In this document: in pieces, positions 11,510-24,023 of the stretch
How positions within the stretch are numbered: the stretch's first letter is position 1
Layout: the number at the start of each line of letters is the position of its first letter
DNA from: Fonticula alba ATCC 38817
Lineage: Eukaryota > Protista > Nucleariida
Assembly (NCBI GenBank): GCA_000388065.2
Contig: KB932201.1
Reading direction: 5' to 3' (one strand)
DNA: 64,000 nt
The notes under the pieces: generated by a model
What the model was told of the DNA's origin: nothing
Databases searched by the model: none
The model's input: only the letters and a program-made list of their open reading frames with translations
Translations under genes and position numbers: made by a program

Positions 11510-12706
11510 ATGGTGGTGGTGTTGCCCAGGGAAGAAGGCCGGCGGCGCGGTGTTCCACCCGCCATCGGCCATGGGCCAAGCTGCCAAGGGCGGCACCATG
11601 GCGGCGGCGGCGGCGGCGGCGGCAGTGGTGGTGGCAGCGGGCGCGGCAACCACATCGGCCTCGGAGTCGGATTCCCCACTGCTGCTATTGTTGCTACTAC
11701 TACTGCTGCTCAGTTCAACGATCCGGCTAGGATCATCGAGGAAGAGGTCGGCCGCTTCGGAACAGCGGAGATGGCTGGCATCGGGGGGGCCATTAAAGTG
11801 CGCGTCGAGCCCAAAATACCCCTCCGGCGGCACGACCGCGCGCTGGTATGGAACAATTGAAAGTTCGGCCGGAGTGCTACTTGACATAGGGGGGAAGGCC
11901 GGGGGCGGGGCGTGCTGAAGATGCGGATGTTGATGAAGAGCAGCGGCCAGGCTGCGTGGAGAGAAAAGACGCCCAGATGCAGACATTGCCCGGAGGAGAC
12001 CGGCCGTGGTGTCGCACACGGTTGGCCGGAGCCCGGTGTCCGGGGCACTGGCAGCATCGATGTCGAGAGAGGGATCCGAGACGTCAACATCGCCATGGGC
12101 GGCTGCCCGCCCGCCGAAGCCAAAGGGCGCCTGGTAGACCACGAGCTGCTGATCGCCGACGGGCTCGACCCCACTGGGGGGGAACTGTTGCTGTTGGGAG
12201 ATGTGCCCCTCCTCGGGCATCGGCGTCGCCAAGTGGGGAGGATCGCCCAGGCGGGTGGCACGCAGGCAGGATGCACGCGGGCGCTTGGCAAGCCCCCCGG
12301 ACAGCCCGAAGTCCGAGCAGGTGGCGTCAACAGAGGCCCGGCGCTTCCCAGGCGGCGATGGAGCCACCGTCGGCCGGCCGAGGACGTCTCGTGCTACCGG
12401 AATGTGGGCCTGGTTTGGGGGGACATGTCCGGTGGCGGCCACACCGGCCGAGTGTCCGGGCGATCCCCGGGGACCGCCGGCAAGAGAGAAAAAGGAGCAT
12501 GGCCGCTTGGCCTGGGGCCCAGGCTCACACCCAGGGGACAAGTCCGACCCGGAGAGATCGCTTTGTTCGCGAGAGCGCTTGAGCGAGGCGGAAGACCCAG
12601 TGCCGGGAGCTGGAAAGGGAGGCATCGGGCTGGGGGCGGTGAATCCAGCGCGAGAACACGGGAAGGAGAGTTCTGACACTGAGAAGGGAGGTGCCGCACT
12701 CAGCAT
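11390..12706 (-). CDS. Hypothetical low-complexity, probably nuclear protein (~438 aa, single exon), with poly-Ser, poly-Ala, poly-His and poly-Gln tracts
   Basis: Uninterrupted ORF with paired basic clusters (LKRSRE...AKRP; GKRRAS...LAKRPR) and in-frame trinucleotide tracts like those in the confirmed genes. No recognisable domain; start codon uncertain. Confidence 0.6.
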
Positions 12707-14413
12707 GGCTGGCGGGCAGGCTGACGAAGGCGGATCGGGAGAGGGGGGCGCCGGGACGCGCGGCAACTGACGGGAGGAGGCCCGAGGCGCGAGGGAGAGG
12801 TGAGGGGGGGAGGAGGGGCAGGAAAGCGAAGGCAAGTTCAGTGTGGCGCACATCACAGTCGAGCCGAGGTGGTTTTAGCTTGCGATCGAGGGATTGATCT
12901 TTTCCGGTCTCTTTCCGAGGGCCAGAGGGTGCAGAGGGAGCCCCGCAGGGGGGGGGGGGGGGGGGGGGAGCCGAGGAGAATGCAGGCGAGCGGACACGGG
13001 GATCTCGCGTCTGTTGGATGGGAGACACTCTCGCGCGAGTGGGGGTCCCAAAGGCAGCACGGGTGCAGGCGGGCGAAAGTGGCGGGGAGGGGGGGAGGGG
13101 GGTATCATGATCAGATGGCGGGCCAGAGGGCATCCCGCCCGGGAGCGCCTTATAGAGGCCCCAAAGGAGGGGCCGCAGACGGGCCCTGAAGGCGAGTGGC
13201 GGCAGCACAAGTGGGACTGCGCCCACAGGGGGCATTCGAGGTGGTCCACGCCCGCGCCGCGAGGGTGGCCAGCATCAGAGCACCTCCCGCCGGGTGCTCC
13301 CTCGGCGGCTTGTAGCTCGATGTGCTGCTTTTGTCCCTGCGCCCTGGCGGGGGGGGGGGGGGGGGCGCGGCCCCTACGCCTGGCGCCTCGGGAGGGGGCA
13401 GCGGAGTAAAAGACCTTCGCCCGCCACCTACGGCCCGCCGCCCCCCAATCGCCACACAAGCAGGAAGGCCGGATCCGCGGCCCTCAGCCAGGTGGGCACG
13501 AGGCGCGCATGCGGCGCCCGGATCGATCTTGGCTCTCCCCTCGGCGCTGGTCTAGAAAGTTCCCGTTCTCGGATTCCCCGTGGCTCGGTTGATCGGCCGG
13601 GCGGGGGTCTGGGGGGGGGGGGGGGCCGAAGGGGCCGGACCGATCGTGCAATGAGCATATACATGTGTTGGGCGTGTCTCTCTTTCCCCGCCCCCGCGGG
13701 AGGGATCTCTGGGCGCCGGCCCGGGGTGTTGTGCCGGCCGCTTTCCTGCTCTTCCGCCCCTCCGTCTGCGACATCCCCCCCTCCCGCCCCCGAGGTCCCG
13801 CCCGTTCACCGGGCTTCGGGAAATTTCCACAGACCCACATTCGCACCTGCGCATGTCTCCTCTCTGGTGGTGGCTGTTGCTCCAGACGTCCCCCCCCTCC
13901 CCCCCCCGCGGTCACCACAGACTCGCACACAATGGCAAGGCCAGAGGGCTCAGCTCTCTCCCTCCCTCTCTCTCATCATCGTGCGTGCGGCCCCCCCCCC
14001 CCCCGTTTCTCGCCCTATCCCCCCAGGGGGCTCGGGTCAGCCAGGTAACAGCCCAGCGCCGGTCCTGCGTTGGCACTCAATAGTCGCCCGAATTGGCGTG
14101 CGTCGGCAGTTTGCACCCCTGCGCGCTCGTTTTACACACATTAAACCCGAGGAAAGGGGAAGACCGCAAGAACAAGGACAGAGTGTATTATTGGTTGCAG
14201 GTGTGCGCGTGTGCGTGCGCGCGCGCGCGGGCAGGGATGATGCCGGGGGCGTGTGGGGGTTTCGACACATACTCCTCCTTCTCCCTGAAACTACCTGACG
14301 CACGCCGGGGGGCGACGCCGTTTCCACCCGCGGCTGGAAGAGAGAGGGCGACGGAGGGGGCGGGATGAAAGATCACATCCGGATCTTCCTCTCTCGCGGG
14401 CCCCCTCTCCTCC

Positions 14414-17400
14414 TCAGATGGCCGTGCTGCCGGAGTTGTGGAGAGGGGAGCGGTGCAGGGGGAGGTGGCCGGACTCCAGGGCGTCGGAGGGGAGTGGAAC
14501 CGCGCCGGCCGGGGCCACCGCATTATTCACCGATCGCGATCGCTGACGCGGCGTGCCTCCCCGGCCGGGGGTCGCCCCTCCGCCGGCCGGCGTCGGCGAA
14601 GACCCAGCCGGCCCGCCGGCGCCGGGAGAGTGGGATCCCATCAGCGACTGGGGAGCCAGCGAGGTAATCAACTCTACGAAGGAGGCCCGACGGGAGTGCC
14701 GCGTTGGGGGCGGCGTCGATACGGCCGGCGCCGCCAGCAACCCGGGCGACCCGATGCTCGGCGTACAGGGCCGACTTTCGACCGGCTGCTGCTGGGGCGC
14801 CGTGCATTCGGCACCGGGGGGAGCCGACGAAGAAGAGCACGACAAGGAGGAAGAGGAGGAGGAGGAACAAGACGAGGGCGAGCGCGAGCTGGAGGGCGAC
14901 CGGCCGGCACGCCGGGCGGACGAGGAGGAAGAGGAAGAGGAGCAGGAGGAGTAGGAGGAGGGCAATCCCGCCGCGGGACACGATCCCCCGGCCGGGGACC
15001 TCCCCGCCTTGGCTGGTGGGACACGACGGCTTTCGGTGGCCAGCGAGGCCGCCAGCGCCTCAATGAGAGCCGGCTGCATAGACAGCGCTTCGACCAGGGA
15101 AACAATTTCACCGCCAATCTCCTCCAACGTCGTCGAGGCCGGCGCACCCGGGCCAGCTCCGAGAGACCGTGACCGGCCCGATGCGATGGGCAGCGCTGAT
15201 GGCGGCTTCCTCGTCGAAGCCGAGCACCCCCCGGCCGCCATGCCGCCGGCTGACACGCTGGAGGAAGACCGGCGAACGACCGGCTGCAACGGCGGCAAAG
15301 TGGCCGGGCTCCCGAGTGCCGGCGAGCCAGGCGCACTGGCCGGCGGCGAGGCTGGCAGCGAGGGGGTCGACATGGCCGAGGGCGAGGGCGGCAGCGGGAC
15401 CGGCGCATATGGTGCCGAGGCAGACTTGCGGCCCTGCGTGGCTCCTCCCTCGGCGGGGGCCGGCCCCCTCGCGGGAGCCTCCCTGGCATCGGGCCTCGAA
15501 TCGGCCTCCCCGGCGGCCGGCGGCATGTGCGCCAGCAAATTGGACACCGACGGCGACGTGGGCAAACGCGACACCGCATCGTAGGATGTCTGAGCCTCGG
15601 TCATCAGGGCCGCGCGCGCCTTCGGCGTCAGCTCCATCGGCGTGCAGGCGGCCTTGGTCGGCTTTAGCCGAGCCACGGCGAAGGCCGCGGCCAGGAAACT
15701 GCTGGGCTTGATGCGCACCTGGCCGCTGCTCTTGGATGAGACCGACTCGGCCATTTGCTCGTACTGACTATCAAGCCACTGGTGCACCTTCTGGTCACCG
15801 GCCGGCGGCTGACCTTCGGGCAGTGCCTCCACAAGACCATCATCATGGCTGCTTGGGGTGAGGATGGCGGCCTCCTCGGGAGCATGCCCCAATGAGGGAA
15901 CCTCCCGTGTAAAGACACGCCGCGAGGTGAAGGCCGATGGCGAGCAGGCACAAACTTGGGTCTTGGTCGGGCAGCAGCAGCAGCAGCAGGCGATCGCCAA
16001 AGCCGGGGAAGGCTCCGCACCGCCCTCGTACGCCACGCGGAAGGAGTTGTCAGGCTCTTGGATGTCCAGCACCAAGTCCGACAATTCGGCCCGGAACATG
16101 CGGCTGCGCCGGCGAGAAATGCGCCTCGAGCCGGATGACCGAGTGGAGGCAGGGGTCGACGAGGCCAGGCGCGCAGCCGGTGCCGGCCCCCCTCCCTCGG
16201 AGTCGGACCCCGAGTCTGACTCGTAGTCCGAGGTGAAGTCCGACGAGGCGGTCAGACTGTCACAGGACGAGGAGGAGGTAAGGAGAGAGTTGGAAGGCCG
16301 AGGGACGGCGCGCGCCATCGGGGGGATCCTTTCGCCGGCATCGCTGTCATCATCGTCATCGTCGTAGTCGGAGAATGAGTCATCGTCACTGTCAAAGTCG
16401 GTCCAAAGCGAGGACGAGTCCGACAGGGAGCTGTCCAAATCCGTCGACAGGAGATCCACCGTCGACGAGCAGCAGGAGGAGGAGGAGGCGGAGGAGGAGG
16501 CGGCGGCGGCTGATGGCGGGGACCGGGGGGATGGTGTGGGGGCCGCCTCGTCGTCCGTCAGCGAGGAGTGTGAAGAGTTGCGTCCGGAGGCCGAGGCCGA
16601 GGCCGAGCCCGGCCGCCGCGCGAAGACCGAATCCTGCGATTGCGATAGCCCGGCCGCCGAGAGGGCCAGAAGGTTGCTGGTTGTGGCCGGCGCGATGCCA
16701 TTCGAAAGGGTGGCAATCGCCGGAGGGGGTGGCACCCGATGCGCGTGGACTTGCGACCGGCGCCGCGTCCGGACGATGTCCCCATCCATCGAGGCCGACG
16801 ACACCAGCTCCGGCATGCCGGCGGTCGAGTCCCCTGCCCGGCGGTCGAGATCACTGGCCGCGCGGGTGACCGTGGACGAGTCGCCGACGCTGGCCCGGAA
16901 GCTCCCGCGCATTGGCCGAGTCCACTGGTGCCCGCCGAGGGCATTGTGCAGCCGGGAAATGACAATGACCGCGGCATTGTCGGCCGACTCGCGAACATAT
17001 GCCTCGGCCAGGATGGCATCGGCGGCGGCCTGTGCACAGCGCGTCAGGGGAACCCCCCCAGGGCCGGGGGTTTGATCGGCGGCAGCCACCGGGGCCCGGA
17101 TGTGTCGACGAACAATGTCAATCACCTCGCGCGGCGAAAGCACCGACCAGACGCCGTCACTTGCGAGGACAACGAAATCCTCCACCTGTTGTGGGAGAAA
17201 ATACGAGGAGCGCCGGGAGGCCGGTCCGAAGCATGACCAAAGAGGCCCAAAGGAGCGGGCGGGAGCGGACCCGAGCGGGAGGGAGTGGAAGGGAGCGTGA
17301 GAATACAGCAACAGCGTGGGCAACGGGGAAAGGAACAGGGACCCGGGGCCGGGGGGGGAGAAGCCGGGGCCGAGGGACGTGACGTACGCCAGTCAGGGCC

Positions 17401-20391
17401 AGGGAGTAGATGTCAGGCTGCGACGAGACGTAGGGCGTCAGGCGGCTGTCGCCAATGGCACGGGAGACCAGCAGCTGGCCATTGACGCGACCATTGACAA
17501 CATTACCTATGTCGTTGGGTGTGGATGAGGGACGCGGGGGNNNNNNNNNNGACAACGAGGGGCATGGCGAGAGGGGCGTGAGCTGAGGCACAAGAAAAGG
17601 AAGAAGAAAGACACACACGACATGATGCAGGCGAAGGTCGGTGTCGACGCACCACCGAGACTCGCGATGCGCTCTGCCTCGCCCGGGACTTCCGGCGTGT
17701 GATCACGCGTTTGGAAGATAAGATCGCAGTTCGACAAGAAGGGCAGCTCCAACAATGCCAGACGCTCGTGCAGGGAATGCGGCCGCGCACGACTGTGGGA
17801 GCCCGGCTCCATGGCAGGCGCCGGATTGGGGTTCATCAGGGCCGAGGAAATGCCCGGTGGCAAGATCGGCGGCGGGGCCCGCAAAGCCGACGGCGAGAAG
17901 ACCGAGGGCAAAACGCCGGTATTCAGCGGCCCGGGCAGGGCCGTATCCACGGCCAGCAGACGGGGCTTCCAGTTGTCGGTTTCCCCGGCCACATGCTCTG
18001 GGACCGGGACCCGCGGCGGTGGAGGCAGCCCGGCCAGGCTCTCGGCCACCACCGACTGCGACACCAGCTGTGCCGGCAAGTGTAGCACCGTCGGATCACC
18101 GGGGCCATTGCCCAGTGGCGAACTGGCCTCCGTCAGGACCGTCCCATCAAAGCTGCCGGCCAGGTCATGGTCATTTAGAAGCGACCTACAGGGGATGGTC
18201 ACCGGCGAGCCGCCCAGCGCCGGCGATCCCTCGGCCGACGAGAAGTTCCCCGTGCCGGCCATGTTGTTCAGGGCACTCGGGGACCCGGGGATCTCCAGCG
18301 ACGTGGGGAGCCGGCTCAGGTCATGCACCGGGCTCCGACAATTGGCACACCCAGAGCAGGACCCGAGTGTCAGGCAGGGACAGGTCGATGAAGCCAGGAA
18401 GAGCGATAGGTGATCCAGCGCCGGGGGCATCATGCGCCGGACATCGGCCAGCGAGTCGCTGGTCGCCGACCCCGCACTCGATGCATCGGCCCCCGCTCCG
18501 CCGGTTGGCGACGGCGAGATGGCCAGGCTCGTGGCACTCCCATAAAGCGAGGCCCCCTGGCCAAGGCCGAGGCTGGCCGAGAGGGACTCTGCCAAGAAGC
18601 CGGGCCGGGCGTAGATGCTCTTATTCAGTCGATAGGCACACTTCAGGCAGCGGCCCTGAACCACCAGAGCCTTGGAGTCTCCAACCACCGCGATATCCAT
18701 CCGGCCCTCGGTGATCAACACCAGAGTGGCCGTGGTGCCGGTCTAGGAGGGGGAGGGGGGAGGGGCGGGGGCGGGGGACATTCACCGAGGGGCAAAGGAA
18801 ACGGACAAGGAGCGAGGGAAGGGGAAGAGCAGAAACAGAAGAAGGAGGAGAGGGGGCGTCAGATGGGAAGCATAAGGCGCAAGCGGGAAACCGTGGCGTA
18901 CAATCGTGGCCCAGGACTCCAATTCAGATTGACACTGGTGGATGGCACGCCGGAGAATGACGTCCGGCGGGAAGCGCTCGCTCATTGGCTGCGTGTTGCT
19001 GCTGAAGGAATGCAGCTGCGAGGCAACCAAATTCACCAGGCGATCCGCGGCAAAGGTGGCCACGGAACTGAAGAACGGGGTACAGGGGGGGGGGGGGGAA
19101 GGGGAGGGGCCGCACATGGGCTGGTCAGGTGCGCGAAAGGGGACCGCACGGCAGAGGGCAGGCCAACATCCGAATAGGGCGTACCGACCACCGTGGCCGT
19201 CAAAGATGCCGAAGAAGTCCTGATTCGGCTTGCCGCCGAAACCCCCGCGAACCACAAGAACATCCTGGAGACGGGTGGGGGGGGGGGAGAGAGAGAGAGA
19301 GAGAGAGAGAGAAAGAAAGAATGGGTAAGCAGCGCGGATGGACACCCCGATGAGGGCAGGGTGTGATCGCGGGGAAAAGCTCGACATGACACACCTGCAT
19401 CTCACGACGTGGGCCCTTGGAGGATGCGAAGCCCACGTCGAAGCGCCGGCTGGGGTGTGGATGGGCAATCGACGGCAAGCTGGCAATGGAGGAAGTCGAG
19501 CCGATCGCCGCCGATGAGAGAGTCGCCAAGCGGGCCGCATGGAGCTTGTACATGGGCAGGCGATTGGGCGACTGCGATGCCGCCGTCGTTGTAAGGCCAG
19601 CTGGTGGCACAGGCAGGCCCTTCTTTGGCGGGGCGTTGCTCGGAGCCGCCACCACTCCAAGCGGTGGTGGCCCGGCACCGGCGACGGGGATGCGCTCGGG
19701 GGAGGTTTGACTGCGGGCCTGGGATGAAGGGAGGTCCGCTTGAGACCCGGTCAGCGAGCCACGACGAGACATCTCCACCGGGAAGGCGGGCTTTGGGATG
19801 GAGCTGATGGCCGCCTGGCGAGCGCGATTCAGTCGGCTCCGGAACCCGCGGATGTTCCCCGTGGCCGAGCTGATCAGCACATCTAGCGTGCACACAATCT
19901 CCACATTGCGGGCCAACACCACATCCAGGCGGTCGGACTGTGCGGCACTGTTGTTCCGATGCCCCGGAGGGGGTGAGAAAAGAGAAGAGGGCAGAGGGGG
20001 CAGATGGGGGGCAGGGGGTCAGGAATGGGAGCACCAGGGGGGAAGGGGNNNNNNNNNNGGGGGGGGGGGCCGCGGCAACGTCCGATGGACAGCATGCCCG
20101 GGCCGCGTCTTCTGGGGGAGTCGTGGGAGTGGCCTCGCTCTTTTTCCGTCTCTCCCGCCTGCACCGGCCCTCCCCCCTTTCGCCGTAGGTTGTGTGGGGC
20201 GCCAAAACGTGCGACCAGCGTGGTGGGAAAGGTGCCGAGGCCATGGACAGGGCGGGGGGGGGGGGGATATGCCTGGGCCTGTAACACGCCTATGTGGGCT
20301 GCTCCCCCTCCCCGCCCCTGACATAAGACACACACCTTGACAGACACCGCGTCTGGGGGGGGGGGGGGGGGGGGGTGGGGTTGGCGGGGGG

Positions 20392-20436
<45 letters not shown>

Positions 20437-21910
20437 CGGGCGGGGGTGTGGGGGGGCGGGGCCCGGGTCCCGGGGGGGGGGGGGGGGGGGATATGCCACG
20501 GGAAATGGGCAAATCGCAGTCGTGCATGCGGACAAGTGGATCCCATCGCGCACCTGAGGCCGCAGCCCTCCAGCCGGAGACGTGTCACCCAGACATTGTT
20601 GTTGGCGGCGGCGATGAGTCGATCGATGTGCGCCGACTCGAAGAGGTCGGGGCACATGCTCAGGTTCACCGAGAAGGGGACCTTGACAAACTCCAGGAGC
20701 TGCGGTTGCGTGGGTATGTCAGGAAAAAGAGCGGGCGAGGGGGAGCAGCATGAGAGCACCAGCGGAAAAAAGAGCACATGTGGACATCGAAAAAGCGGGG
20801 ATGGCATGATGCGCACTGCGACGAGGCTTCCAACCCCATGGGCCGAAAGGCCGGAGATGCCCTCCAGCTCGAGGTTATGAACCGATCCTTCGGATACACG
20901 GACATACCGGGCGATCGACTCGATGCCCAGATCACCGATGGGGTTGCGCGAGAAGGAAAGCGACGTGACAGACGGCTTGTCCAAGAGCAGCGTATCCATG
21001 AGGATGCGCACGTCGCCCGACGAAAGATGGCACCTATTCGACAGCAGGGCAGGGGGATTGGTCAGCCGTGGGGGGGGGAGCGGGGGGGGAGCGGGGGGGG
21101 AGCGGGGGCTTGTCGCGCCCCTCGGGGCCCCGGGGCGGGCAGGAGGAGGGCATGGAGAAACCGCGGAGGAGGTGTGCATCGAGGTAAAAGGACAGGAAAA
21201 GCGGGCACGCACTCGGTCAGGGAGAGGTGCTTCAAATTGGCCACCGAGCGGAGGCTCGAGGTGAAGATGGACAGCGAATGCTCGCAGAGAGGCACGCCAT
21301 CCACACGCAGGGACAAGCCCTCGGCGACCGTGCTCTGCTGCTGCTGGTTGATGGAAGACAGCGTCCCGAAAGTGATCGGCTCGGCGGCAACAGACCCGGG
21401 CCGAGTCACATCCTTCTCCAGAGATCGCTCGATAAGCTTCATGGTTCGGGCCAGGGCGCGCAACTCGCGGCCGGAGATGCCGGTGGCCGACAAATCGCTC
21501 TGGCTGTATGCGGCCCCGGGTCCAGCCATGCTGCTGGTCGAGGAGCTGGCGCTGCTACTGGAACTGTTGCTGCTGCTGCTGCTGCCGCCGAGCATCAGGC
21601 CGATGCTGCCGTGGCTGCGTGACAGCATGGACGACGAGAAGAGGGGCGAGAATTTGCTCGAGCTGCTGGACGCGCTCAGCCCGAAGGACTCGATGTATGA
21701 TCGATGGTTACTGCGGAGGGCATCTCGGAAGGCCTCCAACACTGGTGGCGGGATCACCAATGGTGGAGCCGCGCGCCGGGGGGCCAAGCACGAGCCGGAA
21801 GGTGAGCGTGCGAAAGGCGAATGACAGGAAAAAAGGGGGGGGGGGGGATGGGAAACCGAGCACGTACGGGGATCCTTGATTTTGGTGCGGGAGCGAAGTG
21901 GGAACTTCAT
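14414..21910 (-). CDS. Large RNI-like LRR plus PP2C (PPM) protein phosphatase with a long disordered C-terminal tail; 10 exons, ~1900 aa
   Basis: All nine introns join in consistent phase. LRR segments: LKHLSLTECHL, VTSLSFSRNPIGDLG, VTRLRLEGCGL. PP2C motifs in order: GPRREMQD, FFGIFDGHGG, TGTTATLVLI, VVGDSKA, RDHTP, RVNGQLLVSRAIGD, FVVLASDGVW, SADNAAVIVI. The last exon is 17186-14414. Confidence 0.88.
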
Positions 21911-23982
21911 GATTGATTGGTGACGACGCTCCCCGGCAGGCGGCTTGGCTCGGGAGGGGGGGCGACGGGGCAGGGTAACGGGCGGCGAGGTGCGGTGGCG
22001 ATGGGCGGGAGAAGGGGGAAGAGGAGACACAGGGGCAGGGGGCGGCAGGGAGGGGGCTGGCCAGGGCACCGTGCCCGGTGAACCGGGCCTGGGGGCCACT
22101 CTTCAAGGGGGCAGACAGGCCACAAGGAGGCGGAGGGGGGCGGGGTGCCCCGGGGCAGGCGCTCTAGCCGCGCGAGTGTCCCGAGGCCCCTCGGTGTGTC
22201 CTCCGCGCATCGGCCTGCGGCCCCTGGCTGAGGGCCATGAGGCACGCATCTGGGGTGAAGGCGCTGCTCGCCCCNNNNNNNNNNNNGGAGCTGCCCTGCC
22301 TGCAAAGGGGAGAGAGCTACATGCTCGATCGCGCGAGGCAGGGGGTTGGGGAGTAGCGCGTACCTGGCACACCGGTGGCCAAGGACGCGCGGCGAGAGAT
22401 CCCCCCTCGCCCGCCCCCGGGTGCCTGGCCCCCAGGTCAGTCGGGAGGGACGCATGTTCGGACCGGCGCCAGAACCAGCGTTTCGCTCTCTCGTCCCCCG
22501 CCCCGCCGCTCCTCCTCCCCCCGGAACAGATCGCCCCTGCGCACACTGTTGTCCAGTCCGACGACCGCGGCCTCGCCGGCTGCCGTGCCAGCACCCGGCA
22601 AGGGCTCTTGTCGGGGAAGGGGCGTGGGGTAGGTGTTCCATCCTTGTAACCAGCGCGCCCCTTAAATAAACCAAACGTAAATGACCATTCATGGCCACAG
22701 CAAGGATGAAATGGGCCTTGTGTTCGCCGCCTTGGATGCCGGGGCGCAGGAGACCGGGCGGCCTGCCCTTCACCAGGCCAAGAAAGCGCAGACGCCCGGA
22801 GCGCATGCCTTGAAGAGAGAGAGAGAGAGAGAGAGAGAAGCAAGGGCACCGAGAAAGTCCGCCCCCCGGTATGCCGGAGCCTGCATCTGTGGAGGTTGGG
22901 CAGGCGTGCGTGTTTGAGAGGAAAAGTACTTGGATGAAAGGACTCCCGGCCGCTTGCCATCGGCAGGGCGGTCGGGCCCGTCGGAGCGCGGCGTTCACAC
23001 CCTAATATCCCGGCAGCCCCCTCGGCCACCCGATTGAGTTATTTCTCGAGAATGACTGCAGCCCTCCCGGTCCCCCGCCCCGCCCCGCCCCCCCCCCCCC
23101 CCGGTGCCCGAGGAGCGGACAGCATGATCACGCTCCGCATCCCCTGGCGCCAGTGGCCGCGGGAAGCCTTCCCCCCCCCTCCATTCGGACCTCGCGCCTG
23201 GCCAGGGACCTATTGCACACGCAAAGGGAAGCCGGTCTTAGCCGCCCCCGCCAGCACGCCTGCCCCTCGCCAGGGGGTGGCCACTTGCTGGTCTGTCGCC
23301 TGCCATTCGCTGCGAGGGCCATCCAGGGGTGTACCCGGGGGGGGGGGGGGGNNNNNNNNNNNNNNNNNNNNNNNNNNNNNNNNNNNNNNNNNNNNNNNNN
23401 NNNNNNNNNNNNNNNNNNNNNNNNNNNNNNNNNNNNNNNNNNNNNNNNNNNNNNNNNNNNNNNNNNNNNNNNNNNNNNNNNNNNNNNNNNNNNNNNNNNN
23501 NNNNNNNNNNNNNNNNNNNNNNNNNNNNNNNNNNNNNNNNNNNNNNNNNNNNNNNNNNNNNNNNNNNNNNNNNNNNNNNNNNNNNNNNNNNNNNNNNNNN
23601 NNNNNNNNNNNNNNNNNNNNNNNNNNNNNNNNNNNNNNNNNNNNNNNNNNNNNNNNNNNNNNNNNNNNNNNNNNNNNNNNNNNNNNNNNNNNNNNNGGGG
23701 CAGGGCTCCGCATTGGACCCAAGCCACGAACCATGCGGTGAAAGGTGAGCCATCCAAGGGGGGACACGCTGGCCAGTGGGAGGAGGCATCGGATGATGCA
23801 GCCCGTGCCGTGGCTATATTGCGGCGCGGCTCCAAACGCCAGTCTTTGCACAAGGTACCCGTGTGTGGGGAGTTGTGGCTCGGTATCCTGGGCAATTAGG
23901 CCCCAGGGGTGCCTCGAGGGCATGCGGCTCCGTAAGGCGTGAGTGCGCGCAGTGCCCGGCAAAGCAGTGGCGGACAGAGAGG

Positions 23983-24023
<41 letters not shown>

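Noticed and set aside
13014-13026. TTGGATGGGAGAC (and AGTACTTGGATG at 22925) resembling the 5S rRNA internal control region
   Set aside because: Only 12-13 nt match; the flanks do not follow 5S sequence or structure.
14414-21910. LRR-PP2C gene as fungal adenylate cyclase Cyr1 or PHLPP
   Set aside because: No cyclase, Ras-association or PH domain is visible, and the LRRs are RNI-like.
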